A DNA stretch of 63,685 bases, the filler included, from Hausera hauseri (Eukaryota), in assembly GCA_046269625.1 (NCBI GenBank). It is 12 parts of 12 records of this genome, joined end to end, with 100 filler letters (N's around TTAATTAATTAA, not from the genome) between each part and the next. Parts side by side here need not be neighbours in the genome. Positions count along the whole stretch, not along the records: positions 22,521 to 27,903 come from JBJURY010266063.1; positions 28,004 to 33,167 come from JBJURY010317829.1; positions 33,268 to 37,439 come from JBJURY010721990.1; 9 more parts are not named here. One strand, written 5' to 3'. Positions 25,501-37,439 of the stretch are shown one piece after another. A model generated the notes under the pieces. It did not search any database. It was not told the DNA's origin and saw nothing but the letters and a program-made list of their open reading frames with translations. The number at the start of each line of letters is the position of its first letter. Position 1 is the stretch's first letter. The translations under genes were made by a program, and so were the position numbers.

Positions 25501-27292
25501 TTTCGTAATAATTCTCGCACCACCCTTGCAAAGGCAAGCATTCAACAGCGTACATTCGCTATACCACCCTGGTTCTAAAGCCACTTTTCGTTTACTCCAT
25601 GGACAAGTAATTTGGCCGTTAATGCGTTCTGATGTGCAGGCATGGGTTAAGGAGTGTGTGGCTTGCCAAAAATATGAAACAACTAAGCATTTAAAGCTAC
25701 CACTGTTCCACTTACACTGCACATCGAGTTTCGAATACGTGCATATCGACATCGTCGGCCCTTTTCCTCCAGACAACGGTCATCAATTCATCCTCACCAT
25801 GATGGACCGTTCCTCGCGATGGCCAGAAACCATCCCTCTGAGTAGTACGAACACCGATATCATAGCTGACGTTTTCATCCGTACATGGATTAGCAGGTTT
25901 GGATAACCTCGTTTCATCATCACGGACCAGGGTCCACAGTTTAAATCTCACCTATTCAAATCCCTTGTTAACCGATTTGGGATACATCACATTCATACTA
26001 CGCCTTATCACTCCCAATTGAACGGCCTTTTAGAACGTTTCCACCGAACATTGAAAACGTCACTAAGAATTCTGGCAGAGTACAACACTAGTTGGACGAA
26101 CCTTCTTCCGTTTGTTCTGCTCGGCTGGTGGAACTCTCCGTCCACTTCTACGGGATGCTCACCTACTGAAGCCTTATTCGGAGTTCCTGTATGATCACTA
26201 TTCGAACTAACTGCCCTAGATGACACTCCTACAGATGAAACGATACGGGCGGCGCAAAATCACTTCGTTAAGGTCAGCAAAGATTCGTTTTGCAGGTTCC
26301 TTCACAAAGACAAAACATATTTACTTAAAGACCTGTATTCGGCAAAATTCGTATGGATAAAAAATCAAACGCCTTGCGGTTTTCAGTCGCGGTATCTGGG
26401 GCCCTATAAATTGGTACAACTGCATTTGCACAATGCTATTATTTCTAAAGACGGCAAAGAATTTACAGTGCATATTACCAACTTAAAGCCCGCCTTCTTT
26501 GACGACGACACTTTACCAATCGACACGTCAACCTCTTTTCTCACTTCTACACGTCCTGCTGTTCCTATACCTATTGCTACACCTGTTCTACCTCCTCCTT
26601 CTGCTCCTAGTTATGCTTCATCATTTTCTACACCTTTTACTTCTCTTCCTATCTCTCTTCCTATGTCTATCATTCCCTCTGTTTCACTTTCTACTTCTTC
26701 TCTTTCGCCTAACATATTTCCAATTTCTATTCCAATTTTCGTCTTCTCTTTCATCCGCTACTACACCTTTGGTCAGTCCTTCATCTTCTAACACTCTCTT
26801 GAATACATTAAACCATCCGCCTCCACCAATCTCTCTTCTTCCTTCACTTTGCCTTCTCTTCATTTTGACTCCTCTTTGCACGATACAACAATCACAACAA
26901 AATCTGACAATTTTCCCCCAACTTCAAACTCTGCAAGCAAACACACCGCATACATATAAACCACGCAGAGTCACATTTAGCATGTATAGCAAGGAAAAAT
27001 CAGTAGAAGGCAGCCAACGTCTTGTTTACACTAAGACCAACTGATACAGACACTTTTCGTTTGGCAATTTTTTCTTTCTGTCACTTTTACTCTTTATAGT
27101 TTTAACTTTGCCACGGGGAGTGATGCGATGTCCACCGCAGCCGGTGCCCTTTGCCCCATTTGGTTGGGCACGGGCGGGCGGCCGTTATCGCCGCGTCGGA
27201 TCAATAGTCGGGCCCGATCTTCCGACTCTTTGTTTTAAGAATCTAATCCGTCAGTTTCAACTGGCAATGTCCTCAAAAAGTACCCGTAAAAA
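22521..27292 (+). mobile_element. Ty3/gypsy LTR retrotransposon (gag-PR-RT-RH-IN, PPT, probable 3' LTR), degenerate
   Basis: Gag LPIQIRALL..LEKLAELADKI, CYYH..C..C knuckle; protease FLIDRGAAIS, ILGSDFL; RT RPCGDYRQLN, YPLP, YIDD; RNase H TDAS, ELLAI, TDH; integrase H..H..CVAC, VHIDIVGP, TDQG, NGLLERFH. Purine tract GGGGAG at 27115-27120. Several stops and frameshifts. Confidence 0.95.
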
Positions 27293-28599
27293 GTACATCA
27301 TTAAACCACAATTAAACGGCAGTACTCGACAGCGTGAACAGAGCAAATCGTCATTCAAAAAAATCTCGCAAAGGTCTACGTAAAAAAAGAAAAGTCTGTC
27401 AGTCTAAATTTGTTGAGACGGCTAAATAAATATAATAGATTGGTAATTGTAATTATGTTTAATCTATTAATGAAAATTCGAATCGTTGAAATTTTAAATT
27501 TTAGCCCTATTCAGAGTTATACCTATACGTTCAGACAAAATTGAAACAAACTTAATTTGTTCATCAAATTCTTCATACCCATTCAATCAAATTTCCAAAG
27601 GAATTGAATGCAATGCTTTGTCAAGTAATACCGTAATAGAATCTATTTCAATTGTTTCGCAAAATGTCAAATATAATGAATGTAGATTTGCCAAATAATG
27701 CTGTAATTCATAATGCCCAGAATAATTCCGGTTCCACTCAAAACACTTGTTTTGTTCAGTCTTCATCCAATTCTCAAACCATACTTCAAATGACAGATGA
27801 TAGATATGTTTAAATCGCTCAACCACCAACCAACAGATTCCCACGACAATTCTCCTTCAAATGCCTTACAAGTTAATTGATCAGAATATTTCTAATCCTA
27901 ATANNNNNNNNNNNNNNNNNNNNNNNNNNNNNNNNNNNNNNNNNNNNTTAATTAATTAANNNNNNNNNNNNNNNNNNNNNNNNNNNNNNNNNNNNNNNNN
28001 NNNCAAAATATACAAGATTTATCTGCCCCTTAAAACACTTTCCTAACAGAGTCGTCTCCCCCTTACCTCAACGGCCGCCCCCTGGCAGGGGGCGGTCGTA
28101 TTTTCTTCTTCAGGGTATATAACGCCCCCTATTGCCCCCTTGGAACGCCCCCTGATTTGCGCGTTGTTATTGTCCACTACACTACTTACAAATCTACAAA
28201 TAAACAAACAAATCTATAGACAGAAAGTAAAGGTTTAGAAGCAAGGACTGTCCATTCACGCCTAACTCCTGGCTTATAGGTAAATGTGGAGTTAGTGTCC
28301 ACATAATGTTTTTTGCAGCGGTACATGATTTTGTTATTTCAGCTTAAATCGGGCGTAGACGACCAAGAGGAACACAGAAAACGATGAATATATAATGTGG
28401 AAGAAGACCTCAAGGACATGAAATTTTTTTTAAATGACAAGAAAAGACAGCAGCGAGTCGACAAGGCTGGTCATTAAAAGAAGTAGACAATGAGCGTGTC
28501 TCCATTAAATAACTACATAATTTAATAAACCGTTTCAGTGTTAATCAAAATAATATATGAGTAGTCATATACGCAGGTTTCGGTTAGTATTTCGCAGGC

Positions 28600-29150
28600 A
28601 TATATAGACAAAGAAGGATTAATTCAGGCGCAAGACGACGGCGGGTACCCAGGTAGATAAGGGTATTAGCGGGGAGATAATGGGCGATAAATGTATTTGA
28701 TAGATACTGTGTTATATTATGTTATGGTTTGATACGTTTCTGAATTTGTGTTTTCATTCGTAAGTAGGGGTCCCTGGACATGTGGTCGGTAGGGGGAGCC
28801 AATTGTGAAATTTTTTTTTTTAGATTTTTATGTAATATGCCGATTTTTGTTGTTGGTTTGTTACTGTTTTTTCTTCTTGATGATGTAATGGTGGGCCAGG
28901 TGGCTACCGAGGTGGATAACGGGGATTATTTCAGGCGCAAGATCACGCATGAATGGTAAGGAGAAGATAACTTTGAGGTGGAATGGTTTTATATATGATT
29001 TAATTCAGGCAGAAGATTGCGCTTGAAGATAAGGGGGAGACAATTTTGAGGTGGAATGACTTTCATATAAGACCTAATTCAGGCGTGAATAGACAAAGAG
29101 GATTTAATTCAGGGGCAAGATGGCGGCTTAAGGGTAAGCGGGAGACAATT
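28600..29150. repeat. Degenerate repeats with core (TAA)TTCAGGCGCAAGA at the 3' side of a LINE
   Basis: Core copies at about 28620, 28929, 29001, 29075 and 29105; longer ATAGACAAAGA(A)GGATTTAATTCAGG at about 28604 and 29089. Confidence 0.6.
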
Positions 29151-30382
29151 TTTCGTCCATTCTTGTTGATAACATCTTCATTATTGGGGGCTGGACGCTT
29201 TATGAAACGTTTCCTTCTGGTTTTATCTAGTGCCTATATATTCAACCAATCTTTTCTACAATCATTTTGATTATCTTGTTTGTTGTTGCCAGCGAAACTT
29301 AATGGATGTTTTGTCTGTGGCATTTGTGTTCCCCTTTTTGCCAGTTTATCGGCTATCTCATTGAAAGTGATGTTTGTGTGGCCTGGTATCAACAAAATCT
29401 TCGTAATGGTAGATGATTTCCAGTGCAAGTGTTTGGCAACGCAGGTAGGTTGCTCTTATCTGAAGGACAGAGAAGATTTGTTGGCATTCTTGTCTCTGGT
29501 AGTTAATGCATTCCTGATAGATCTTCATATTTTTGCATGGAAGAAGTTTTCTGTCTTCGTAGGTAATTACAATTTTCTTGCAAGGATTGACTTTGTCTGT
29601 TCTCATAAATCGCTCTATTATTGTCATAATAGCCCTTTCTCTCCAGAGTTCCATGCAGAAATCTCACGCGCATTTGTTGGGGTAGATCGCAGGCCTCCGA
29701 AAATTAATCTGACTGGCTGGTTCTGGATGCGGTCTAACTTGTTCCTCTAGGTCTGTGTCTGCATGTTTGTTCATATAATTTAGGATTTTCAGCGATCTTT
29801 TTCGCCATGTTTGAGTAGCATTTCATTGGTGATGTGGTCTGGCCCTTGTCCATTTTTGTGAGACTGGACTTAAATTCATATATAGTGAATTCGTCATAAA
29901 AATGATGTTACTGGCTTTCTATGATTTCATCATGCGTTTGGTCATAGTGATGTCCAGCTTGGCTCTTTTGCATGTCTAGTTGACGTCAGCAAAGAATTTA
30001 TTCAGTGACTGGGGTTTCTGTTTGTCTGTATTGGCAGTGTATTTGTAAGAGAGCTGCATGGGCGTGGGATGTATTATTCTGTGAGATTCCAGCCATGTCA
30101 TCAAGGAAGTTCCATGCTTTCCTCCCAACGTTCCTGAGTTCTAGGTTATTACACGTTTTCGTCCATGCCCCTAGATTTACTTGTCAGTGTTTGACGTATG
30201 CGGTGAGCGTGTTGAACATAGTGTTGTTTTCCATACTTAGTGAAAGTTATAATTCTTTTCTTGTCCTACGTCTTAGATGGATTAGGCTGCGGGCTTCAAA
30301 AACCAGTTTATTTTCTGCGGTTTCCTGTAAGAATTGTTTGTTTGTGTGGCTTAAATACAACTGCAGTTATCTGATCACGTAG
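29150..30382 (-). mobile_element. RNase H-bearing LINE (I/Nimb/Ingi-like), 3' part, degenerate
   Basis: RNase H motif IPGHTNITFNEIADKLAK and RT-proximal GPDHITNEML; joins the endonuclease part at 32279 once the RTE is removed. Confidence 0.75.
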
Positions 30383-32278
30383 ATGATGTTTTCTTCTGCA
30401 TTTATAACAGCTTCACTAACAAGACATGATTCTGTAGTCTTTCCAGATGGATGGTAGAAGAGATGTTAAATTTAATGGCACAAAGAAGAATACACAGAAA
30501 AGATAAAGAACAGTATAGAAAACTGAGCAATGCAATCAGAAAAATGTGTAATGCAGCAAAAGAAGACTGGCTAACCAAAGGATGTAATGAGATCAAAGAT
30601 ACAGCAACAACAATCCAAGAAATATCCACCAAACAATACATAATTCAAAAGGATGCATCAAATCAAAAGAAGGTATAATATTAATAGGAAAACAAAAGTA
30701 ATAGAAGGACGGTCATATTACACAGGAGAAATATACAGTGATCATAGACAAGAAATAACTGATAATAACGATGAGCAGGGTCCACCAATACTTGAAGACG
30801 AAGTAAAAGAAAATATTAAACAAGTGAGGAAGGGGAACGAACATGGCCTAGACAATGTAATAATTAAAGAATTATAGGCATAAGGTGATTTTGGAATTGA
30901 AATCACAACAAAACTCTTAAATGATATGTACAACAGCGGGCATATACCAGAAGACCTGTTGCAATCAAATTTTATAAAACTACCAAAACGTTCAGGTGCC
31001 ATGTAATGTAAACAGTACAGGACTATAAGTCTCATAAGTCATATGACTAAAAGAAAGCTAAGAATAATTATGAGAAGACTGAGAAATAAAATAATGATGG
31101 AAATATCAGAAGAGCACTGAGTCTTTGTAAAAGGGAAATGGCACAAAAAACGCTATATACCTATATAATACTGTGAATTATAATGGAAAGATCAAAAGAA
31201 GTTCAGACAGATTTATTTTGTGTTTTACTGATTACACAAAGGCATCTGACAAAGTTAAGCCAACAGACATGATTCAGATGCTCGACGAAATAAATGTGGA
31301 TCGTAAAGATCCACAACTGATAAAGAACTTGTACTGGCAACAAAAGAGAGCAGTGCGGATAGAAAACCAAACGGGAGCATTCCAAGAGATAATATAGTGT
31401 GTACGACAGGGTGTTCTATCCCAGACCTGTTTTCCCTTTATAGTGAAAACATTAGGAGATCAATAGCAGATTTGCCCGGATTAAAATTTGATGGATACAA
31501 TCTAAATAATTTACGCTATGCTGATGCCACTGTGCTAATAGCAACGAACGAAGGGGATTTACAAGAGATGCTAAACACGCTAATAACTGAAAGTGAAAAG
31601 AATGGGCTCAGCTTCAACACCACAAAAACAATAACGATGACTGTCTCTGAGAAGAAAGAGCCACCATTGTGCAATGTAATGATAACAATGACAAAAGTCA
31701 AAGAAGTGCAAACATTCATTGGAGCTCTTGTCAGATGGAGGATGGGGCACGGAGATAAATAGTAGAATTACAGAGGCAAAAACAGCATTCCAGAAAATGA
31801 AAAGTATGTTATGTACAACAGATCTGTCATTAAAATTGAGAAAGATAGTCGTGGAGTGCTATATCGAACCCATACTAATGTATGGCTGCGAATCTTGGAC
31901 ATTGAGTAAGAAACTGGAAAATTCTTTAAAAGCGAACGGAGATGTGATTTCTCAGAAGAATGTTGAAAATCCCTTGGGCAGCAAAGAGAACATATGAAGA
32001 CACGCAGAAAGAACGCTAATTAGGAATATCAAAAAGAGACAAACATCTATGATTGCAAACATTTTAAGGAAAGAAGGTTTAGAAAACTTGGTCACGACTG
32101 GCAAAATACCAGGAAATAAAAGTAGTTGACTGCAGAGAATTAAGTGTCTGTATGGTTTGCGTGAATGGTTTGGAAGCAACTCAACAGCAGAAATGATTGG
32201 AGACACCAGGAATTGCGTAAGATGGAGATCCATGACGACCTACGTTTCACGACGTGTCACCTGATGATGATGATGATG
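30383..32278 (+). mobile_element. RTE-clade LINE (5'-truncated, degenerate)
   Basis: GPPILEDEV, YRTISLISH, LCFTDYTKASDKV, NNLRYADATVLIA, PILMYGCESWTL; ends in a (TGA)n tail at 32262-32278. Confidence 0.9.
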
Positions 32279-32960
32279 AGTCTTCCCAGGTAGCTCCAGC
32301 ATAATTCCATTCAGACTTTCTTTCCAGTTTCACTTTATTCTTGTTTTGGAGAACAATAATTAGTATTGGCAGATGATCGGTGCCAGTATCTTCCAATACC
32401 CTCCATTTAAATCGATTGGTAAGGTCTGCAGACACCTAAGTGTGGTCGACTTCATGTTCCACTTGCATTACGCGGGAGGTTTGTAAAAGGAGGGGGGTGG
32501 TCTTTATCTTGGCGAATGGTGAGATTTGAGCTATTACCCAAATCTTCGATTGCATGGTCTGAAGTGGTGATATCTTGATACTCCCAGAATGGTGAGTGGG
32601 TATTAAAATCTCCTGCTAGTGTGGTTTTCTTAAACTGGTTTCATTGATGAGGGTCCCACTGTTTCTGTGCGAGTTCTAAAGATTTTGAAGATTTGAAGTG
32701 TATATTCAATTACCAAGGCCTTCACTCGCTGCTGAATGTCGCTTTCGTCATAGGTATGAATTCTGTCAACCTCAGTTTGGTCATAATCCTACAACTGGCT
32801 TCGCAACAGCATTTGTAAATCGTGTTGCCTGTTATATTGACAGTTTTATCCTTAAGAACTGTTTCCTGCTGCAATGCTACATGGATATTCTGGTCTTTTT
32901 GTAAATTTGTAAGATCTGTAAGTTTGTGTCTAATCCTATCTACATTCAACTTCCTGCAAA
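32279..32960 (-). mobile_element. APE endonuclease region of the RNase H-bearing LINE
   Basis: LNVDRI, HVALQQET, LAGDFNTHSPFW, DTGTDHLPILI, WNYAGATWED. Confidence 0.8.
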
Positions 32961-34063
32961 ATATTAAAATTTCCTTTAGCAGTATACTAGTCACTGTGAG
33001 AAGCCAAGGATTCTGCCAGACACGGGTCTTGTGGGAGGCGACGTCCGAGCTCGTATAATTTCTTTTGTTTATAAGGCATGCCACCAATTGAGTTGGGGGG
33101 GGGGGGGTTCCCATTAGCATCTTTTCATCCAGCTAGTTATCCTCCATCCCATCCAGGATGTGCAAGGNNNNNNNNNNNNNNNNNNNNNNNNNNNNNNNNN
33201 NNNNNNNNNNNTTAATTAATTAANNNNNNNNNNNNNNNNNNNNNNNNNNNNNNNNNNNNNNNNNNNNACAACATTTCTACAACATGGAGTGACCAGATTC
33301 TCAAACCAGTTATGAAAGAACGAAAATCATATGATAAGAATGTATTAATTTGTGCCAATTCTAGCCAAAAGAATCCATTCGACATCAGTTGGGTCAACCA
33401 TACCATAATAAATAACAACACTATCAATAGAAATCCCCTCAAAACCTAATCATTCTTTGTTCTGTTTACTTTATTCCGTTTAGAGATTCCGATCGTATCA
33501 TTCCTTACCATATTCAAAGTGTGCCTTGTGAGAAAAAGAATTGTTCAATGTAACTATGTTTATAATACTTTAATGTTATTGTTGTTCGTTAATTTTGACT
33601 GTAGATCATATTTTTTTGTTTTTCGACTTTCGACATAATCTGGTTTTCAATGGAAACAATGCGATTCGTAAAATGTTGTGTTTAGCTTTAATTCATTGTG
33701 ATCAGATCGATTTTAGGTTGTTCTACAAAATAATTCGTAAATTCTAATGCTTATTTCGTTTCGAATATGTTCGTGTTATTTGTTTCCCATGATTTTGTGA
33801 TTAAGACTTTTGTTAACTTCGACCAGATCGTTTATTACTATTGTTATTCTTATTATAATTATTAAAACAGTTATTATCAATGAAGCAGCAGTTATATTGT
33901 GATATTATTGCTCAATAATTATGTTTTTGACAATGGAATTGAAATCTATTTTTGGTTTATTGATAATAATTTGATTTTGAAATTTGAATTACGAAATAAA
34001 ACGTCATTAGTAATCGCTTTGTTTTCTGCAATTGGGATTTTGCCGTTCTATAGAAAAATAATA

Positions 34064-35729
34064 ATGGTATCAGAAGAGAACAGGAAAAGAAAAAATAAAT
34101 CTTCCTCTACGTTATGGGATAAACAAATTCAACGTTTCAAAAATGTTCCTCATAAAATGGTGTTTTCCAGCATTGTTGAGGAATACTTTGTGAAAATGTC
34201 TTACGATTACAATAAATCGAGATTCTTTAGTTGTTCAAAATTACTTGTCTTTTTATGGATTATGGATTTAATTGTCGAGATGTTTTATATCCGTGCAGAT
34301 TACTTCATGGCTGTTATTAAAGTAACTTGTATCGCAGCCGAATTGATCATTTACTTCAGAAAATTGTATGTCAATACGAGCCATGGTTTTCAAACATTGA
34401 ATTTTCTAACGGTACTCTGTTTTTCGATTTCCAATATGCTTTGTATTAATAAAACCTTTGGATTTAATGAAACCAATTTACCACCAACGATTCACCTTTG
34501 TGCCATAATTATCAAAATTTTTCCCATCGGATTGGGTTATGCTATTATTATTTCGTTGATTTCTTATAGTGTAGTTGTTGTGTCCAGTTTTGTAATACTT
34601 GAGAGACAAAATGAAATACCGGATGCTGACAAACGGGAAAAGCCAAAAATTTACATTGATCTGCTGACATACGCACCGATTTTTGATAAAAATGACAGTA
34701 AATACTATATCATTATGTACTCATTTGAGGGCTTTTTATTTATGACTATTTAGTATTCAACGTTTACGAATAATTTACGTCGGCGATCGGCTTTTCTAAA
34801 GCTATAGGACAAGAGCAAAACGAAGATATTATTGAAAAAGACAGTAATGAAATAAATGATCTGTCTGACTGCGGTTATGCCAGAAATTGTTAAAATTGAG
34901 TACGTAAAACTTTTCTCAAATTCGGTCTAACGCATGGATCTATATTCATGAAATACCAAAATATAAGTCGGTTTGCGATACTGATTTATCGAATTTTGAA
35001 TGTAGTAGTATGGCAAAACGTAACGCTAGATTACAGATCGATCGTGATATTAATTTTATCTCCAAAATCAAATTTGACACGGATAACTCATACAAGTGGT
35101 TTGAAAGTCTGCCGATCAATCCTGTGTCAAGAAAGTTCAATGACAGTGACACTGAATGGAATTTTCTAAATTACAACCAACAGGATTCTTCGAATAACAT
35201 TTTGGAGTCCATGAATTTTCCTCCATTTTTAGATGGTCCTTCGTGTTCAATATTTTCCACGATCTTATACTGTTTCATGGTATCGCTATTTGAAACTTAA
35301 ATGCTGACTAATTCAATTATGGTTTTTAACATTTTGACATTTTATTGTCTCACTTTTGCAGTATCGTGGCAACGCCTCACGGTTTATTTTTACTTAATGT
35401 TTGCCGTTGCAGCCTTTTTATTAAGGTTATTTAGATGTAATCTGACAAACCGCTTTTTGTGCTGTTGTTTCGTGTTAATCTCCCTCTTAGTTATTGTGTT
35501 TATTCAGTATGATTATACAAAAATGCATGTCGAATACTCAAATACCGTACGTTATTTTATAATTACACCTTTTGCTGTATTTATTGCACCTCTCTATGCT
35601 TCCGTGCACTATTTTGTAAAGGTTTCCGTGCGTTTTGTAAGTATGATTATACTGTTTTGTCCCATATTTTTATACGCGCTCGACGTATGTATATTATTTC
35701 ATAACAACGGAAATCAGGCAATTGCATGA
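34064..35729 (+). pseudogene. Transmembrane adenylyl cyclase-like remnant (two TM clusters, catalytic domains missing)
   Basis: Multi-TM ORF, then RRSAFL..LTAVMPEIVK.E..IFMKYQNIS (AC helical region and start of C1), then INPVSRKFNDSDTEW and a second TM cluster; stops and frameshifts. Confidence 0.55.
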
Positions 35730-35739
35730 GGTGCGCAAT

Positions 35740-36430
35740 GCCGATATTTTAACGCAAATCGAACTGGAACCCATTAAAAAACAATCCGTTGACAATGAAA
35801 AACAACTCAAACGATTGTCGAAAATATTGGCTAATTTGAGTGAATCTGTTACCTTATTCGAAATTGGTGTGTCAGTTTCGGAAAGAACTTTTGGTTGGAC
35901 GTCGTACTTTAAGTTTATTTTATGGAGTATACTATCATGTCTCTACCGTAGATTTATTTCTACGTTACTTATTTCATTCCTTATTAATTATTTTGATTTG
36001 AATGTAAGGCATATTAAGCGGAATGAACAATTTATCATATCGTATGGCTGCCTGCGCGGTGGAATTGCAAATTGTTTATCATTATTAATTCCTAACGAAA
36101 ATAAATTAAAACGCTGTACAAGACACCACCATATTCATTGTGTTGTTTACTATTTTGTTCATGAGCATTATTATAAAGCCCCTTTTAAAAATGTTTAATA
36201 TCGAAATAAAAAAACGGACGAAATGAATTTGATTCATCAAATTACGGAACCGATAATTAACTACGTTCTTGCTGGAGTTAAAGAAATCGCCGGATGGAAG
36301 GGTCAGTACGCGATGCAGCAAATATTTTATAATATCAACATAACGTACGTCCGACCGTTTTTACAACGAGATCTATTGAGCCGAGATGAAAGTATCATTA
36401 AAATGTTCAAAAAAATAAATACGTTGATGT
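35740..36430 (+). pseudogene. Na+/H+ exchanger (SLC9A/NHE) C-terminal membrane and proximal tail fragment
   Basis: KILANLSESVTLFEIGVS..EQFIISYGCLRGGIA..TTIFIVLFT..IIKPLL..LAGVKEIAG..G..YVRPFL (cf. NHE QFIIAYGGLRGAIA, LTGIEDICG); one frameshift near 36115-36125; no introns evident. Confidence 0.8.
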
Positions 36431-37439
36431 ATATGACAGCCACTACAACTTTACATATGTCCACTATACTTAAAATATACCGCTGATAAATATACGGAAC
36501 TCCTACTCGTAACGATTTTGGTTGCGACCGTGTCCCGGGTGACACGCTATACCCCCGAAATGGCACATACCTTCTTCTCCATTTCTCTTTCCTTACAAAA
36601 TAAACATGTCTTCCTCTATCTATCTTTTCTTCCAAAACATACATATACACACACACCGCACACACACTAAATCTCAATTAAACGACCCTCAGTCAGTGAA
36701 TCTGTCATATTTCCGTTATACATATATTAATGAATGTATTAAATCATTAACATATAAAAAAGTACCCGAAGAATTGGTTACCCAATAATTTGACAATAGT
36801 CCGAAATTTTTCCAATTTTGTCTTAATGCCGATAATAAACCAGTGCAGCACAAATCAATTATCTCCCCGGTCGGAAAGACAAGCCATTACAACTCGGATA
36901 TTTTGGGCACGTCCGTCCTTTACGCACCACGCTACACACTCGACATATCTAAAAACTATATTTTTTAACTCTCACTCTGAAATAAACAAACACACATATT
37001 CTATATACATCAAACAGCAACCGTCGCACATTTGTTCGGAGCTCTACAACGAGAAGCATTACTTACTAATTTCCGTCTCAGCTTTAATGGATTTTTTTTG
37101 CATCAATCTGATATTATTACCATCTATACACGCTCATCTTTGACATCTGTACTAACTGCACATTACTATTTGCTAGGCGGATCTAACCCAAAAGCATCTC
37201 AGGACCAACAAGATTTTACTGACATTCCCATCATACACGTTCTGATAAAGCAGTCTCTTTCAGTTCCACCTGCAGCACCCTCTTCGGCCAATTTCCCTTG
37301 TGTTGACTATATTACAGATAAACAACACTCCAGTCGTACATGGCTAGAATTCCGTGCGCAGTGGTTAAGATCGAATAAGATCACTGACCCTTTCTTCAAA
37401 GCCAATAGTCTATTAATACTTTTACCAGCCAAACTTAAG
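36430..37439 (+). mobile_element. Ty3/gypsy 5' end: candidate LTR, PBS-like site, ubiquitin-like domain and gag start
   Basis: AAAAGTACCCG near 36758 (shared with 27277) followed by TGGTTACCC at 36775. Gag SSRTWLEFRAQWLRSNKITDPFFKANSLLILLP is homologous to 46330-46430. Confidence 0.7.
36958..37181 (+). other. Ubiquitin-like domain (copy B) fused to Gag
   Basis: IFLTLTL/NKQTHIFYIHQTATVAHLFGALQREALLTNFRLSFNGFFLHQSDIITIYTRSSLTSVLTAHYYLLGG|S, with one frameshift near 36980; open frame continues into Gag. Confidence 0.65.

Noticed and set aside
28071-28155. GC-rich hairpin and GCCCCCT repeats
   Set aside because: Probably a MITE terminus, but the partner end is lost in the gap; not a terminator in a eukaryote.
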